Source: a virus
Taxonomy: Duplodnaviria > Caudoviricetes
Length of the DNA: 64,000 bases
Reading direction: 5' to 3' (one strand)
IMG/VR virus record: IMGVR_UViG_3300032030_002018
In this document: in pieces, positions 8,495-18,477 of the stretch
Position numbering within the stretch: the stretch's first letter is position 1
How the letters are laid out: each line of letters begins with the position of its first letter
Position numbers and translations under genes: made by a program
The notes under the pieces: model-generated
Told to the model about the DNA's origin: nothing
The model's database searches: none
Seen by the model: only the letters and a program-made list of their open reading frames with translations

Positions 8495-11437
8495 TCAACA
8501 GTTTGTATTTAATGGTTTATCTTCATCTCCGTATAAATCTGTATCAAATATATCAGCATAATTGACATTATCAAGTACAGTTGGAAGGTCTGTATTCGTA
8601 TTCTTTATAAGTTTTCTCAGTTTCTTGAAAATTGAACCCACAATAGGAGCATAAGCACCGAATAAGTTCTTCGCACAATTGAAAGAGCTGTATAATTGTA
8701 ATAACAACCTATACACATCCATAAATGCCTGTAATTGCTCCATAACTATCTTTTTAGACAGTTCTAATACTATTTGTCTGATATAATCAAGAATAAGTTC
8801 TGTAAGTTTCCTGATTATCATCTCAACAATTTCCCTCGCAATAGCAACAACAACACCCTTCATAGCATTAAGAAGGTTCTCAACTGTAATGTCAGATATG
8901 GAATCCGTTAAATTGTTTATCGTTAATTCCTCTCTTCCTCTCAATGTGTCGTTGACTTTCTTTCCGCCTAAAAGACGTTGATTGACATATAATATAAGAA
9001 GCATTTTTGGAGTTATCAACGATTCCATAAGTATTGACGTGAGATTTGTTACAAGTGACAATACAAATTTAATCCTTATCTGCCTTCTGTCCTGTAACGC
9101 AACACTGCTTTGGTCAATAACATTAGCCATCGAAGCCTCTATGGCATTGTGTATCACAGTTTTCTGCATATCAAGAGTTGCAGAATCATCATATAATGAA
9201 TCTAATAGAGAATCAATATTTGTATTTCCATTGTATTCATTATAATTATAATCAGTTCCAAAATACCTTGCATTCTCAGAGTCGCGTAACATTCTGTCAT
9301 AATCATCATTTGAGAAACGATAGAAACAACTGTAGATTTCCTCATCCTCTTCCATAATGATTTGTCTTACAATATTTTGTATTCTTTGAGATTGATTATT
9401 ATAACTATATTTGTTATGGTCGTTATGCACTTCCAAAGACAACCCAGGATAGATTTCAACCCTGACAGCGTTTAACAGTCTTTTTGCCACAACACCTGGT
9501 TCAAATAACCTCTGACTCATTATATAGTCATAATTGAACTCATATACTGTCAAACCATTATAACATTCAACAAAATGTTTTGAGAAATTATTAGGTAATA
9601 TATTCTTTGTTTCCTCTGTGTCACCACCAAGATTATATTCGCCAGTTTTTTTATTAACATACAACATACAATGGTCGTCGTCTTCTCCAACCATATATTT
9701 TGCATATATTTCTGATTCTGATGCCGTTGACGCTTCCTCTTCTTCCTTTTCACTCAACCATCTTGTCAATAACGCGCATAATCTTATGTCAGAATCATTC
9801 ATTATATCATTAACATCATCGTTTCTGGCGTATGCTATCAACGCATTCAAATATGCCGTTGACTGTTCTTCCTCTGTTGTCAGATAAGCGTTTTTTAACG
9901 CCTTTAAAATATCATCATCTGTAAATGATTTATATTCTTCTTCATCAGCGTCCGTCCTGTTTAAGAACGCTGTTATATCAAGATATTTTATAATTACCTC
10001 TGGATGTTCATCAATGTAATCTTTTGTGGATTGCTCCATCATAGTAACTTGTACTCTTCTCACATATGGTGTGCCAGAAGATGTTGTAGCATCGGTTGGT
10101 AATGAGAATCTTCCTTTCTTATCCTGAACGCCAAATTTATTGAATAGTATTTTCTTTATCTTACCTGTTAATCCTCCATATGGAGCATACACAAATGGTT
10201 TTGGTAAAACTGTAACCCTCAACATTTCCTCTGTGTATCTATTTCCGTTAGAACTATCAGCATAAGGTCTTATATATTCAACATTACATATACCATCCTC
10301 CTTATTGTAATCGTTCTTATCATCTGGCAATCCAAGGTTTCTATTGAAATACTTTGATTTATCCGCATACCAGTTAAGGCTTGTCCAATCACTCGATATT
10401 GGCATAATAAGTTCTGATGTCGGTTGTTTCGTTATACCATTGTCGTATGTTTTGCTATAACACATACTTATAACATTTCCGGCGCCTCTTGAAGTGAACA
10501 CCTGTCCTTCAGTAATCCTGTCTTCATTATAGTCTTCATTATACACTGGATTTGCGACAATTGAAGACAGTAATGTATTGCCATTAACCTTATACTTAAA
10601 ATTAGTGTTTGGATAATAAAAGAACGGAGCATCATCACCTTCCGTTTGTATTTCAATGCCAGTAGGTGATGGAAATCTCCCCTTATGTATAAGATACCAC
10701 AGGAATGCGTTGAAATCATCAGCACGAGATAGTTTATGTGTTGATTTTTTCAATCCATTTGCATAATACGCGCCGAAATAGTTGTCCTTTCCATCTCCCC
10801 AAGGACTTGTATGCAATATACCTTCAGGGTCGATTGAATTGACATTAACCAATATTCCCCTACTATAAGCAGGGTTATTTTCGATGATATCGTATATATA
10901 ATCCTCAAAATACTTGTTGGTCTTCTTTCTCAATTTCTTTGGAATACGTGGGTCAGCAACACAGGAAATTGTTTCCTTAAGTTTTGCAAGCAACACTCCC
11001 TTCACTCCAATTTCAATTGAAGGTAATGCCACAACCAACATATCACAGAGCCAGTTTATTATTTTCTCATCAGTAACTCCAACCCTGTTAAGTATTTGCA
11101 ATAGGACATACATAGGACTCTGCAACAATGCCGATATATCACCGTCAACAAATTCTCCAAGATAATAGTCTATAGTCGGCAATTTATTCAACACACATAT
11201 AGCACTGTCCAACTTTGAATAAACCTCAGATTGTGCCTTTCTTGCGGATTCTGTTATTGATTTCTTTTTTGTCGGAACATTGCTTATTGGATTTGTAACG
11301 GGCATATTATTTCCTATCGAAGGACTTTCAGAAGTATTCACATTTGTGAAATTGTTGTTCTCCGATAGTTTTGTGTTATATTCACCAGTCCAATAATCGC
11401 TGCTTCTTTTTGATGTGTCGAGTATTGTTGCCATCAA
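8495..11437 (-). CDS. Large hypothetical protein (probable virion structural)
   Basis: 980-aa ORF in a late operon upstream of the spike genes. Confidence 0.55.
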   Translation of the reverse strand: MMATILDTSKRSSDYWTGEYNTKLSENNNFTNVNTSESPSIGNNMPVTNPISNVPTKKKSITESARKAQSEVYSKLDSAICVLNKLPTIDYYLGEFVDGDISALLQSPMYVLLQILNRVGVTDEKIINWLCDMLVVALPSIEIGVKGVLLAKLKETISCVADPRIPKKLRKKTNKYFEDYIYDIIENNPAYSRGILVNVNSIDPEGILHTSPWGDGKDNYFGAYYANGLKKSTHKLSRADDFNAFLWYLIHKGRFPSPTGIEIQTEGDDAPFFYYPNTNFKYKVNGNTLLSSIVANPVYNEDYNEDRITEGQVFTSRGAGNVISMCYSKTYDNGITKQPTSELIMPISSDWTSLNWYADKSKYFNRNLGLPDDKNDYNKEDGICNVEYIRPYADSSNGNRYTEEMLRVTVLPKPFVYAPYGGLTGKIKKILFNKFGVQDKKGRFSLPTDATTSSGTPYVRRVQVTMMEQSTKDYIDEHPEVIIKYLDITAFLNRTDADEEEYKSFTDDDILKALKNAYLTTEEEQSTAYLNALIAYARNDDVNDIMNDSDIRLCALLTRWLSEKEEEEASTASESEIYAKYMVGEDDDHCMLYVNKKTGEYNLGGDTEETKNILPNNFSKHFVECYNGLTVYEFNYDYIMSQRLFEPGVVAKRLLNAVRVEIYPGLSLEVHNDHNKYSYNNQSQRIQNIVRQIIMEEDEEIYSCFYRFSNDDYDRMLRDSENARYFGTDYNYNEYNGNTNIDSLLDSLYDDSATLDMQKTVIHNAIEASMANVIDQSSVALQDRRQIRIKFVLSLVTNLTSILMESLITPKMLLILYVNQRLLGGKKVNDTLRGREELTINNLTDSISDITVENLLNAMKGVVVAIAREIVEMIIRKLTELILDYIRQIVLELSKKIVMEQLQAFMDVYRLLLQLYSSFNCAKNLFGAYAPIVGSIFKKLRKLIKNTNTDLPTVLDNVNYADIFDTDLYGDEDKPLNTNC

Positions 11438-11441
11438 TCAA

Positions 11442-11837
11442 TTACTTTTTCAATGTTATCTTTTTTGGCTCTTTATTATCAGTATATGACGAATCAACCA
11501 TTTCCTTTATCTTTGCGAAATCGAAATTCATCTTTCCTCCCTGCTGTTCAGTGACTTGTCCTTTTGATTTCTTACCGGATTCAAGTATCTCAGCCAGAAG
11601 TTTAGCCACATCCATTTTCTTTCCAATAGCCTTGTCTTTGATTGTCATATAATCATTCATAGCCTTGGAATACTTTTGCTTTGCATCCATAACTTCCTCT
11701 TCAAGTTTTGTCGAGTTTGCCAATTTATCCATCTCGTTCTGCGCCTGAATTAACTGTTCATCTGCAAGTCTGTAAGCCTCCTGTAACAATTGTTTTATAT
11801 TATCAGGAGAATATAATTCCACTTTATATTTAGCCAT
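11442..11837 (-). CDS. Hypothetical helical protein
   Basis: 131-aa ORF after the late motif at 11862. Confidence 0.6.
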   Translation of the reverse strand: MAKYKVELYSPDNIKQLLQEAYRLADEQLIQAQNEMDKLANSTKLEEEVMDAKQKYSKAMNDYMTIKDKAIGKKMDVAKLLAEILESGKKSKGQVTEQQGGKMNFDFAKIKEMVDSSYTDNKEPKKITLKK

Positions 11838-11869
11838 TTTCGTAAAATTGTTTTATACCCATATAAATA

Positions 11870-12598
11870 TCACTCAGACAATAAATCATTCTTAAATAGA
11901 TAATACTGTTTCTTGTATATCTTCATACTGTCACGTATCTCCTTTGCCGTCAATAATGTCCTCTCCTTTAAAAACAACAATATCGAACTCTTATTGTATT
12001 TATTACTACCCATCTGAGTGAATATCTCATCCCAATTTGTAAGCAATTCTATTAACGCCTCCCCGACAATTACTTGATTATCAGTAAGTTTGTTTTTCTC
12101 TTTATCGTTTATTGTTTGTCTTATTCCTTCAACTGTCTTATTTATCAGTTCGGTTAGCATAGACTCACTGCTTTCTGAATCGTCGTATGAGAACTTTATA
12201 TTGTCTGATAATCCTCCACTTGACTCATTATAAGCTTCGCTTCTGTTTCTATTCTTATTGAATTGGTTTATTTTGTATATAAGATAGTTTTTGCATACTG
12301 TTCCACAATACGAATAAGACTTATATCCCTTTGACGCGTCGAAGTGGTTTATCTTTGTCAATAAGAATGATATTGTATCATCAAATGTTTCCTTGAAATT
12401 TTCATCAGGTGGATAAAGTTTGTATCTATTAATGATTGATTCAACCATTTTTGAGAAAACAGGATGAAGTATTTCGTTATATATCTTGTTCTTCTCTTCT
12501 TCATCTGTTGAATTTATATAATCAACAACTGCCTGCTCCTCTCTTTCATAAAAATAACCCTTTCTTTTTGCACCAGGCTTTCTGCCTCTTTTAGCCAT
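11870..12598 (-). CDS. Phage sigma factor, T4 gp55-like (sigma70 region 2-like)
   Basis: DTISFLLTKINHFDASKGYKSYSYCGTVCKNYLI resembles the FDPxK..F.Y region-2 motif of gp55/sigma70. Confidence 0.62.
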   Translation of the reverse strand: MAKRGRKPGAKRKGYFYEREEQAVVDYINSTDEEEKNKIYNEILHPVFSKMVESIINRYKLYPPDENFKETFDDTISFLLTKINHFDASKGYKSYSYCGTVCKNYLIYKINQFNKNRNRSEAYNESSGGLSDNIKFSYDDSESSESMLTELINKTVEGIRQTINDKEKNKLTDNQVIVGEALIELLTNWDEIFTQMGSNKYNKSSILLFLKERTLLTAKEIRDSMKIYKKQYYLFKNDLLSE

Positions 12599-12790
12599 TT
12601 TTAAAACTTATTGATTTTTAATATATTATGTTTTAAAAGGCTTCACTACGTTATTAAAACGTACTTTCCGAATAGGCAATTTTTTAATTAAAAAATCTTC
12701 ACGTCGCCAACCTAAAAAAACAGACCGACTACCTTATTTATTAAATAATCGGTCCATAATTTATGATAATTATTATGACAACTACTGTTT

Positions 12791-13558
12791 TTATTCTTTA
12801 TAAGGTTCAATGTCACGTTTCTTGAACATATATTCCTTCCTTGCGACATCAACCCAATATTTAGACTCTTTCTCATCAACCGTCTTCTTATATTCCTCAA
12901 TAAGAGAGTCTTCCCTTCCAAGATAATGTACATAACCAACCTTTGGAATGACAAACACCTTCTTTCCCTTATGTGTCATCCTCATAAGGAATTCATACCA
13001 GAATGTAAGTTTGATATTATCTTTCAGACCTCCTGTTGATTTCCAATCCTTGATATTGAAAACGCCACCAGTAAGATAGAAGTCAAAGAAATTAGTTAGA
13101 CAGTCAAGGTCAATGTATCCTATCTCATTTGAGAAAGAACTTGCCCAAGGTGCTTCATTTCCAAACGATATGAAAGACTTGTTGTTGAAATCAACAATAT
13201 CCTCAATAGGCAAGAAAACACTTACATCAGGCTTATATTGCAGATATTCATATACATTGCCGAACCATATCTTTGTGTATTCATCATCATATTCCAAAAT
13301 GGAGAAATATTCTGTATCAACATTTTCAACAGCATTGTTTACAAGTGTTTGGAAATCAGATTTCTCATCTAATGATATCACGTTAATTTCCCTTCCTTCG
13401 TATTTTGACGCGAATGATTTGATTTTATCCGCCAAATCTGTTGTGGTTGAGATATTGATTTTTATATCAACATCAACGGAAGCAATAGCCCTATCCAATA
13501 AAGCACTGACACCATCATCGAATTTATGTACTGGTATTATAACTGTTAATTCGCTCAT
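12791..13558 (-). CDS. Glycosyltransferase, GT2 (GT-A) family
   Basis: LTVIIPVH N-terminus; TEYFSILEYDD (xDD motif). Confidence 0.75.
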   Translation of the reverse strand: MSELTVIIPVHKFDDGVSALLDRAIASVDVDIKINISTTTDLADKIKSFASKYEGREINVISLDEKSDFQTLVNNAVENVDTEYFSILEYDDEYTKIWFGNVYEYLQYKPDVSVFLPIEDIVDFNNKSFISFGNEAPWASSFSNEIGYIDLDCLTNFFDFYLTGGVFNIKDWKSTGGLKDNIKLTFWYEFLMRMTHKGKKVFVIPKVGYVHYLGREDSLIEEYKKTVDEKESKYWVDVARKEYMFKKRDIEPYKE

Positions 13559-13572
13559 TTATATCATATAAT

Positions 13573-14670
13573 TTAATCCTTCTTATCTTCAAAATTTTTA
13601 ACCAATTCCTCCATTTCTTTCTTCCTGTCAGATATAACCTTATCAAGATAGTCAACAACAGCATTTTCTGTATCCTCTTTCTTATACATACTCATAACTT
13701 TCTTGTCTTCCTCTATAATCTCTACTGGTATGGTATCTGTTGTCCAAGACCTTACAACATTGGCTATAATCTTATGCACACTGTGGAAATCATCAAACCA
13801 TACACAGTTGTTCTTATATCTGTCCTGTTCATCCAACGCCCATTCAATCTTGTTGTCAGGCATCTTTGCGATAACAATGCATCCGCTCTTCAAAGCCTCC
13901 AATGCGCTGTATCCAAAACTGGTTTCTTCATCAACCCATACTGTAATAGCAGCCTCACGCATCAATTCTGCGAATTGTTTCTTTGGAAAACCTCTTAAAT
14001 CCCTGAATGATACCCATTTAAACGACGGATATTTCCAATAGAACGGTTTCACAATCTTATTCACATCACTTTGGTCTCTTGCTACTATATTGACAATCAT
14101 TTTCTTTGGCTCAGATGTCTTACCGAAATATTCCTTTATATATGGTGGTATTACTGTTGTTTTAACATATGGATAGATGTCGTTAAGCACCTCACCATTA
14201 GCCTTTGTGTTTGTTATCGCTTCAAGAATACCGAAATCACCCCATTGTCCCGCGAATGGCATTTGCTCTACAAGGAAATCGTAGTTCTGGAAGATTCCAA
14301 TCCTCTTGCAAGGCAATTTCTTTGTCTGATTCATAACATTCGCAAAAATCTCAGGTATGAATAGTATATCAGAAGGACCGATTTCAATGCTGTCATTGTT
14401 GATGTTGTGATGAGGAATATTGGCATATTCTTCGCCAAGCCATTCTCCTACACCTACAAAGTCATCATCCTTTGTTTCCTGATATAGCATAGATACATTG
14501 TACCCTTTGTCCTTGGCAATCAAGGCTATGTTGTATATATATTCCAAACTTCCGCTTGGAACGCCTTTGGTATCAAGAACAAAGAAGAAAACATTGTTCT
14601 TTTTGTCGTTAATTTTGGAAATTTCTTCCATTACCCTTTTCAAAGCCTTTTCTTTCTTACTGTCAGCCAT
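13573..14670 (-). CDS. Glycosyltransferase, GT-B (GT4-like)
   Basis: DEETSFGYSALEALKSGCIVI (E-x-F-G-x3-L-E-A motif). Confidence 0.75.
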   Translation of the reverse strand: MADSKKEKALKRVMEEISKINDKKNNVFFFVLDTKGVPSGSLEYIYNIALIAKDKGYNVSMLYQETKDDDFVGVGEWLGEEYANIPHHNINNDSIEIGPSDILFIPEIFANVMNQTKKLPCKRIGIFQNYDFLVEQMPFAGQWGDFGILEAITNTKANGEVLNDIYPYVKTTVIPPYIKEYFGKTSEPKKMIVNIVARDQSDVNKIVKPFYWKYPSFKWVSFRDLRGFPKKQFAELMREAAITVWVDEETSFGYSALEALKSGCIVIAKMPDNKIEWALDEQDRYKNNCVWFDDFHSVHKIIANVVRSWTTDTIPVEIIEEDKKVMSMYKKEDTENAVVDYLDKVISDRKKEMEELVKNFEDKKD

Positions 14671-14673
14671 TAA

Positions 14674-15282
14674 CTAATTCTTTTTAAAACTTAAAATTAT
14701 CTTATTTAACATTTCCTTATCTGAAATGAAATCAGACAAACTATCATATGAACAATCAGACATAACATCCTTATTCCACTTCCTGTTTATCTTTACCTTT
14801 GTTCCTACATTAATGTCAATATTCTCCAATATGTCGTTATTAGCGGTAACAACAACATCAAACTTACCATCAAGTTCTGATATGTCCTTTGGGAATATTA
14901 TCTCCCTTACTCTTGTTCCCATTCTACTAAGGAAAAACAATGTTGATTGTATCGTCAACGCCTCCTCTTCCAAAGAGAACAGGACAACACGAATTTCATC
15001 ATCCTCAATATTAGTAAGTTCATTGAGCCATCCATTGAACTCAACTTGCAAGTCCTTTGTCATTGTCTTTGCGCATCCATAAATCTCATAAGGATAATCA
15101 ATGTACAAAAATCCCTTTCTTTCCCTTATGCTGTCAAATTTCGCATAAGTTTCAAACACATCGTCATTATCGTCAATATTATCAGTATCATAATCATTGG
15201 CATAGTCACGACCATAATACTTGATAATCTGCTTGTTTATGTTCCTGAACACATTGTTCAATTCAATACCAATAGTTATCAT
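14674..15282 (-). CDS. HAD-fold 5'-nucleotidase (NT5C)-like protein, degenerate motif I
   Basis: MITIGIELNNVFRN in place of IGIDLDGV; C-terminal KINRKWN motif. Confidence 0.55.
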   Translation of the reverse strand: MITIGIELNNVFRNINKQIIKYYGRDYANDYDTDNIDDNDDVFETYAKFDSIRERKGFLYIDYPYEIYGCAKTMTKDLQVEFNGWLNELTNIEDDEIRVVLFSLEEEALTIQSTLFFLSRMGTRVREIIFPKDISELDGKFDVVVTANNDILENIDINVGTKVKINRKWNKDVMSDCSYDSLSDFISDKEMLNKIILSFKKN

Positions 15283-15284
15283 TT

Positions 15285-16289
15285 CTATTTCTCTCCAATT
15301 AATTTCATAAGACAATCAGGACAAATAGCACGTCCATAATCATACTTTGTTATATCTCCGTCATATACAGACATTTCCTTACCACACTCTGAACACCTTA
15401 TAACCCTTTTCATAGGTGTTGCGTCATTACTAACCTCTTTCGGTGCGTTATTCTCGTATTTCAAAGCCATATTACTTGAAAAATACTTCTCCATAAGATT
15501 CTCATATTTCATCGCCTCCCACTTGAAAGACAATAATATATCCCCTTCTTCATTATATCTTACAGATACAAGTCTTGGCGATATGAATGTGAATGAAACC
15601 ATATCAGGAAAATCATTAGACGCATTCATAGTCACAAAAGCCATAACAGACATCGAAGACGCAATCTCATTATGCTTTATAAACTCAGATTTGTTTTCAG
15701 AAGAACTGACACCGTGTTCAAGTTCCTTTAGCGCGTTTATGAATGGCATAGAATTCTCATCGTAAGGATTCGGCAAAGTGTCAAACCTGAATGTGGTTAA
15801 ATAATATTCCTCATCAACATTTGCATCAACATCTATGTATTTTACATATTTTTCAAGTTTGAACCTTACAAATTCATTGATATACAATACATTAAGCGTA
15901 TAATTTTCAGTACCGTAATCATTAACCCTATTCAATTCCTCCAATACACTTGCATATTGCATCTTGCACCTTTGTGTGAACTTGAATTTCTTGAAATCAA
16001 ACTTATTCCTCTTCTTCTTGAAAGCAAATCCATTGCCAGCATAATCGTACCCCTTTGAAGCGTCTGCAACTGTATAAGTCCTGTACCTTAAATCCTCAAC
16101 TTCCTGTGTTACCTCACCGTTCATAAGGTCTTTTGACAGTCTTTTTTCCTCGACAGTCTCAACTACGCCTTCTCCTGTTTCACTGATATTTCCACTTCCA
16201 AGTATCTCTTTATCAGCACCTTTCAAGCCAAAAGGTATTGCATATAGAAATCTTTTTACAATGTTACTTATCTTCGATATAATCTTCAT
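15285..16289 (-). CDS. Hypothetical protein with C-terminal zinc ribbon
   Basis: CSEC...CPDC at the C-terminus; GEVTQEVEDLRYR motif. Confidence 0.6.
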   Translation of the reverse strand: MKIISKISNIVKRFLYAIPFGLKGADKEILGSGNISETGEGVVETVEEKRLSKDLMNGEVTQEVEDLRYRTYTVADASKGYDYAGNGFAFKKKRNKFDFKKFKFTQRCKMQYASVLEELNRVNDYGTENYTLNVLYINEFVRFKLEKYVKYIDVDANVDEEYYLTTFRFDTLPNPYDENSMPFINALKELEHGVSSSENKSEFIKHNEIASSMSVMAFVTMNASNDFPDMVSFTFISPRLVSVRYNEEGDILLSFKWEAMKYENLMEKYFSSNMALKYENNAPKEVSNDATPMKRVIRCSECGKEMSVYDGDITKYDYGRAICPDCLMKLIGEK

Positions 16290-16524
16290 AAATCTTATTC
16301 TCAACTTTTCTGTTTAATATGATAAGTAATTTGGCGAAATCATTGCGTCTCTCATATGATTTAACCATATCCTTGTCCATATCGTTAAAATAAGGGTCGT
16401 TATGTGTAACAGCATATGTTGTCAATGTATTAGCGTAACCCTTGCAAATAATATCAACCTCATTCCTTAATAGAATCAGTTCATCAAATGACAAACCATT
16501 TATTTTCTCAATATTTATCTTCAT
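16264..16524 (-). CDS. Hypothetical protein
   Basis: 86-aa ORF translationally coupled to neighbours. Confidence 0.55.
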   Translation of the reverse strand: MKINIEKINGLSFDELILLRNEVDIICKGYANTLTTYAVTHNDPYFNDMDKDMVKSYERRNDFAKLLIILNRKVENKIYEDYIEDK

Positions 16525-17213
16525 TTTTTCACTTCGATTGGATAATATTCCTTATATTTTTCATTTATCAATTCCCTGTTTATATACCATCCCGGTTTTA
16601 ATTCGCCAACAGACTTATGACACATTCTGATATTTGTTGTCACACCAATCTTTGTCTTGCCGTCAAGATAATTGTCAAGACAGAATGTGATGTCATAGAA
16701 ATCAAATCCTTCTAAATCCGGATTAAAACCTTTTGTAATCCTGTCACGATGAACAGCCATAAAAACACCGTCAATTACGCAAACCTCTTCAAGGTCTTTA
16801 TTCAATAACGGGGAAAACGCTGTTAACCAACTCTTTCCGTTACTTCTGTGTAGAATCTGCCCGAATTTCTTGTCGTATCTCCACCAAGCGGCGTTCTCAT
16901 CAAACTGAGCAGAACCTGCAACACCTATGATACCGTAATCCTTGTTATCGTTGAACAAACGTATGACTTCTTTTCCCCATCCGGGTTTAAGGAATTCAAC
17001 ATCATCGTGTATAAAAACAACAATTTTATCGTTAATTTTTCCTGGTTGCATAATGTCATCATATATCTTACTCAATCCAACACCGTCTGGGTTTATAAGG
17101 TAGAAAAAATGACATTCACAACCGCAGGTTGTCTTAACGTGGTCTATGAAATCTTTGTTATCCTCACTGGTTAAACGAGAACAAATAACAATAGCAATGC
17201 TTTTTTCTTTCAT
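16521..17213 (-). CDS. Glycosyltransferase-like protein (Glyco_tranf_2_5-type GT-A)
   Basis: VFIHDDV, GIIGVAGS, VCVIDGVFMAV and GFDFYD motifs. Confidence 0.78.
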   Translation of the reverse strand: MKEKSIAIVICSRLTSEDNKDFIDHVKTTCGCECHFFYLINPDGVGLSKIYDDIMQPGKINDKIVVFIHDDVEFLKPGWGKEVIRLFNDNKDYGIIGVAGSAQFDENAAWWRYDKKFGQILHRSNGKSWLTAFSPLLNKDLEEVCVIDGVFMAVHRDRITKGFNPDLEGFDFYDITFCLDNYLDGKTKIGVTTNIRMCHKSVGELKPGWYINRELINEKYKEYYPIEVKK

Positions 17214-17301
17214 TTTTATTAAAAAATATCAAAAAAAAATAGTAAATAAATAGTTTATTTTAACAAAAAGACATATTTATTGTATAAACATTTGTTAAAT
17301 T

Positions 17302-17964
17302 ATGAAAAAAAGAATTAGATTAACAGAGAGTGACCTGCACAGGATTGTAAATAGGTCAGTGAAAAGAGTACTACGAGAGTCACAACTTCTTACAGAACTT
17401 GACCCGAGAACATATGCAAATTATGCAAGGGGTCGTGCGGCACAGGGCAATTATAAAAAGGCTGTAGAAGGGCAAGAGTATGCTGCTCAACAGTTTAACA
17501 ATCAATATGGTTATGATAATCGAAACCTAAATGGATATGTTCAATCTGATAGCAATAACCCAAATGTCAAATATATGGGTTACGACACAGATTATTACCG
17601 TATGAGGAATGATAAGAAACCAGGTTATAGATTCAAATGGGATAGCCCTGATTATTATAAAAATCGTTATAATAATAACGTATATGCTACTGAAAGATGG
17701 CAAAGTAAAAATTACCCAGGCAGAAATGATATGGACGACCAAGAAACATTCTCAACATATAATCCTGATACAGATACAAGTAATTCCACAACATACGGTA
17801 GAATGAAATACCAAACGCAACCAAACAGACTTGTAGTATATGGTGATTATGACGGAAGACCAATTAGAAATCAAAATAACAATAGAAGTGGATTGTATGG
17901 TGATGAAGTTGCAAGACAAATGCAAACTGGTACTGGAATTTATAAAAATGGCAAATGGCAATAA
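17302..17964 (+). CDS. LTESDL-leader family protein (putative head-packaged protein), Tyr/Asn-rich payload
   Basis: Starts MKKRIRLTESDLHRIVNRSVKRVLRE; own late-type motif (17272) and terminator. Confidence 0.8.
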   Translation: MKKRIRLTESDLHRIVNRSVKRVLRESQLLTELDPRTYANYARGRAAQGNYKKAVEGQEYAAQQFNNQYGYDNRNLNGYVQSDSNNPNVKYMGYDTDYYRMRNDKKPGYRFKWDSPDYYKNRYNNNVYATERWQSKNYPGRNDMDDQETFSTYNPDTDTSNSTTYGRMKYQTQPNRLVVYGDYDGRPIRNQNNNRSGLYGDEVARQMQTGTGIYKNGKWQ

Positions 17965-17965
17965 C

Positions 17966-17999
17966 AAATAACCCAGACTAATTAAAGTCTGGGTTATTT
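17966..17999. terminator. Bidirectional intrinsic terminator
   Basis: 14-bp perfect stem aaataacccagact/agtctgggttattt between convergent genes. Confidence 0.85.
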
Positions 18000-18019
18000 A
18001 TTTGTAAATTAAGCAAATA

Positions 18020-18475
18020 TTAACGAAACATTTTATCTGTTATATCAATCATTTGTCCGTCTTTAATCTCGTATAACCTTTGGTTTGTTGTTTCTTTATT
18101 TATTGGTCCTCGTTCTTCAATATATCTCCCAAGTTTTATATAGTCAAAATTACTCTTTTCAACCTCACTTGCAAGATATTCTCTTCCTGAATACCATCCA
18201 ACCTTTATTCTGCTGTATTTTTCCTTGATGTATTTAGCAAGAATATTTATTTCTTCAGGATTTCTGTCTCCACCCATAAAGCAAAAACAGGTAATCCCAT
18301 TGTTACTTTTTATTAATGTATCAATTGATTCTTCATTTAGTTCCTCCCCAATATCATCCCATAAATGCTTTGAGTGGCATCCTTTACATCTAATAGGGCA
18401 GTTGCTGATATTGACAGCAAGAGTGATTTCATTTGGTATTTCAGAGAAAACCACCTCATTTTCAACAAATTTCAT
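18020..18475 (-). CDS. nrdG: Anaerobic ribonucleotide reductase activase (radical SAM)
   Basis: CPIRCKGCHS (CxxxCxxC); adjacent to nrdD. Confidence 0.93.
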   Translation of the reverse strand: MKFVENEVVFSEIPNEITLAVNISNCPIRCKGCHSKHLWDDIGEELNEESIDTLIKSNNGITCFCFMGGDRNPEEINILAKYIKEKYSRIKVGWYSGREYLASEVEKSNFDYIKLGRYIEERGPINKETTNQRLYEIKDGQMIDITDKMFR

Positions 18476-18477
18476 AA

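Noticed and set aside
14668-14676. In-frame TAG-TTA-ATG between the HAD-like and GT-B genes (possible readthrough fusion)
   Set aside because: Single case, 1-in-3 chance of being in frame, and both genes look complete separately.
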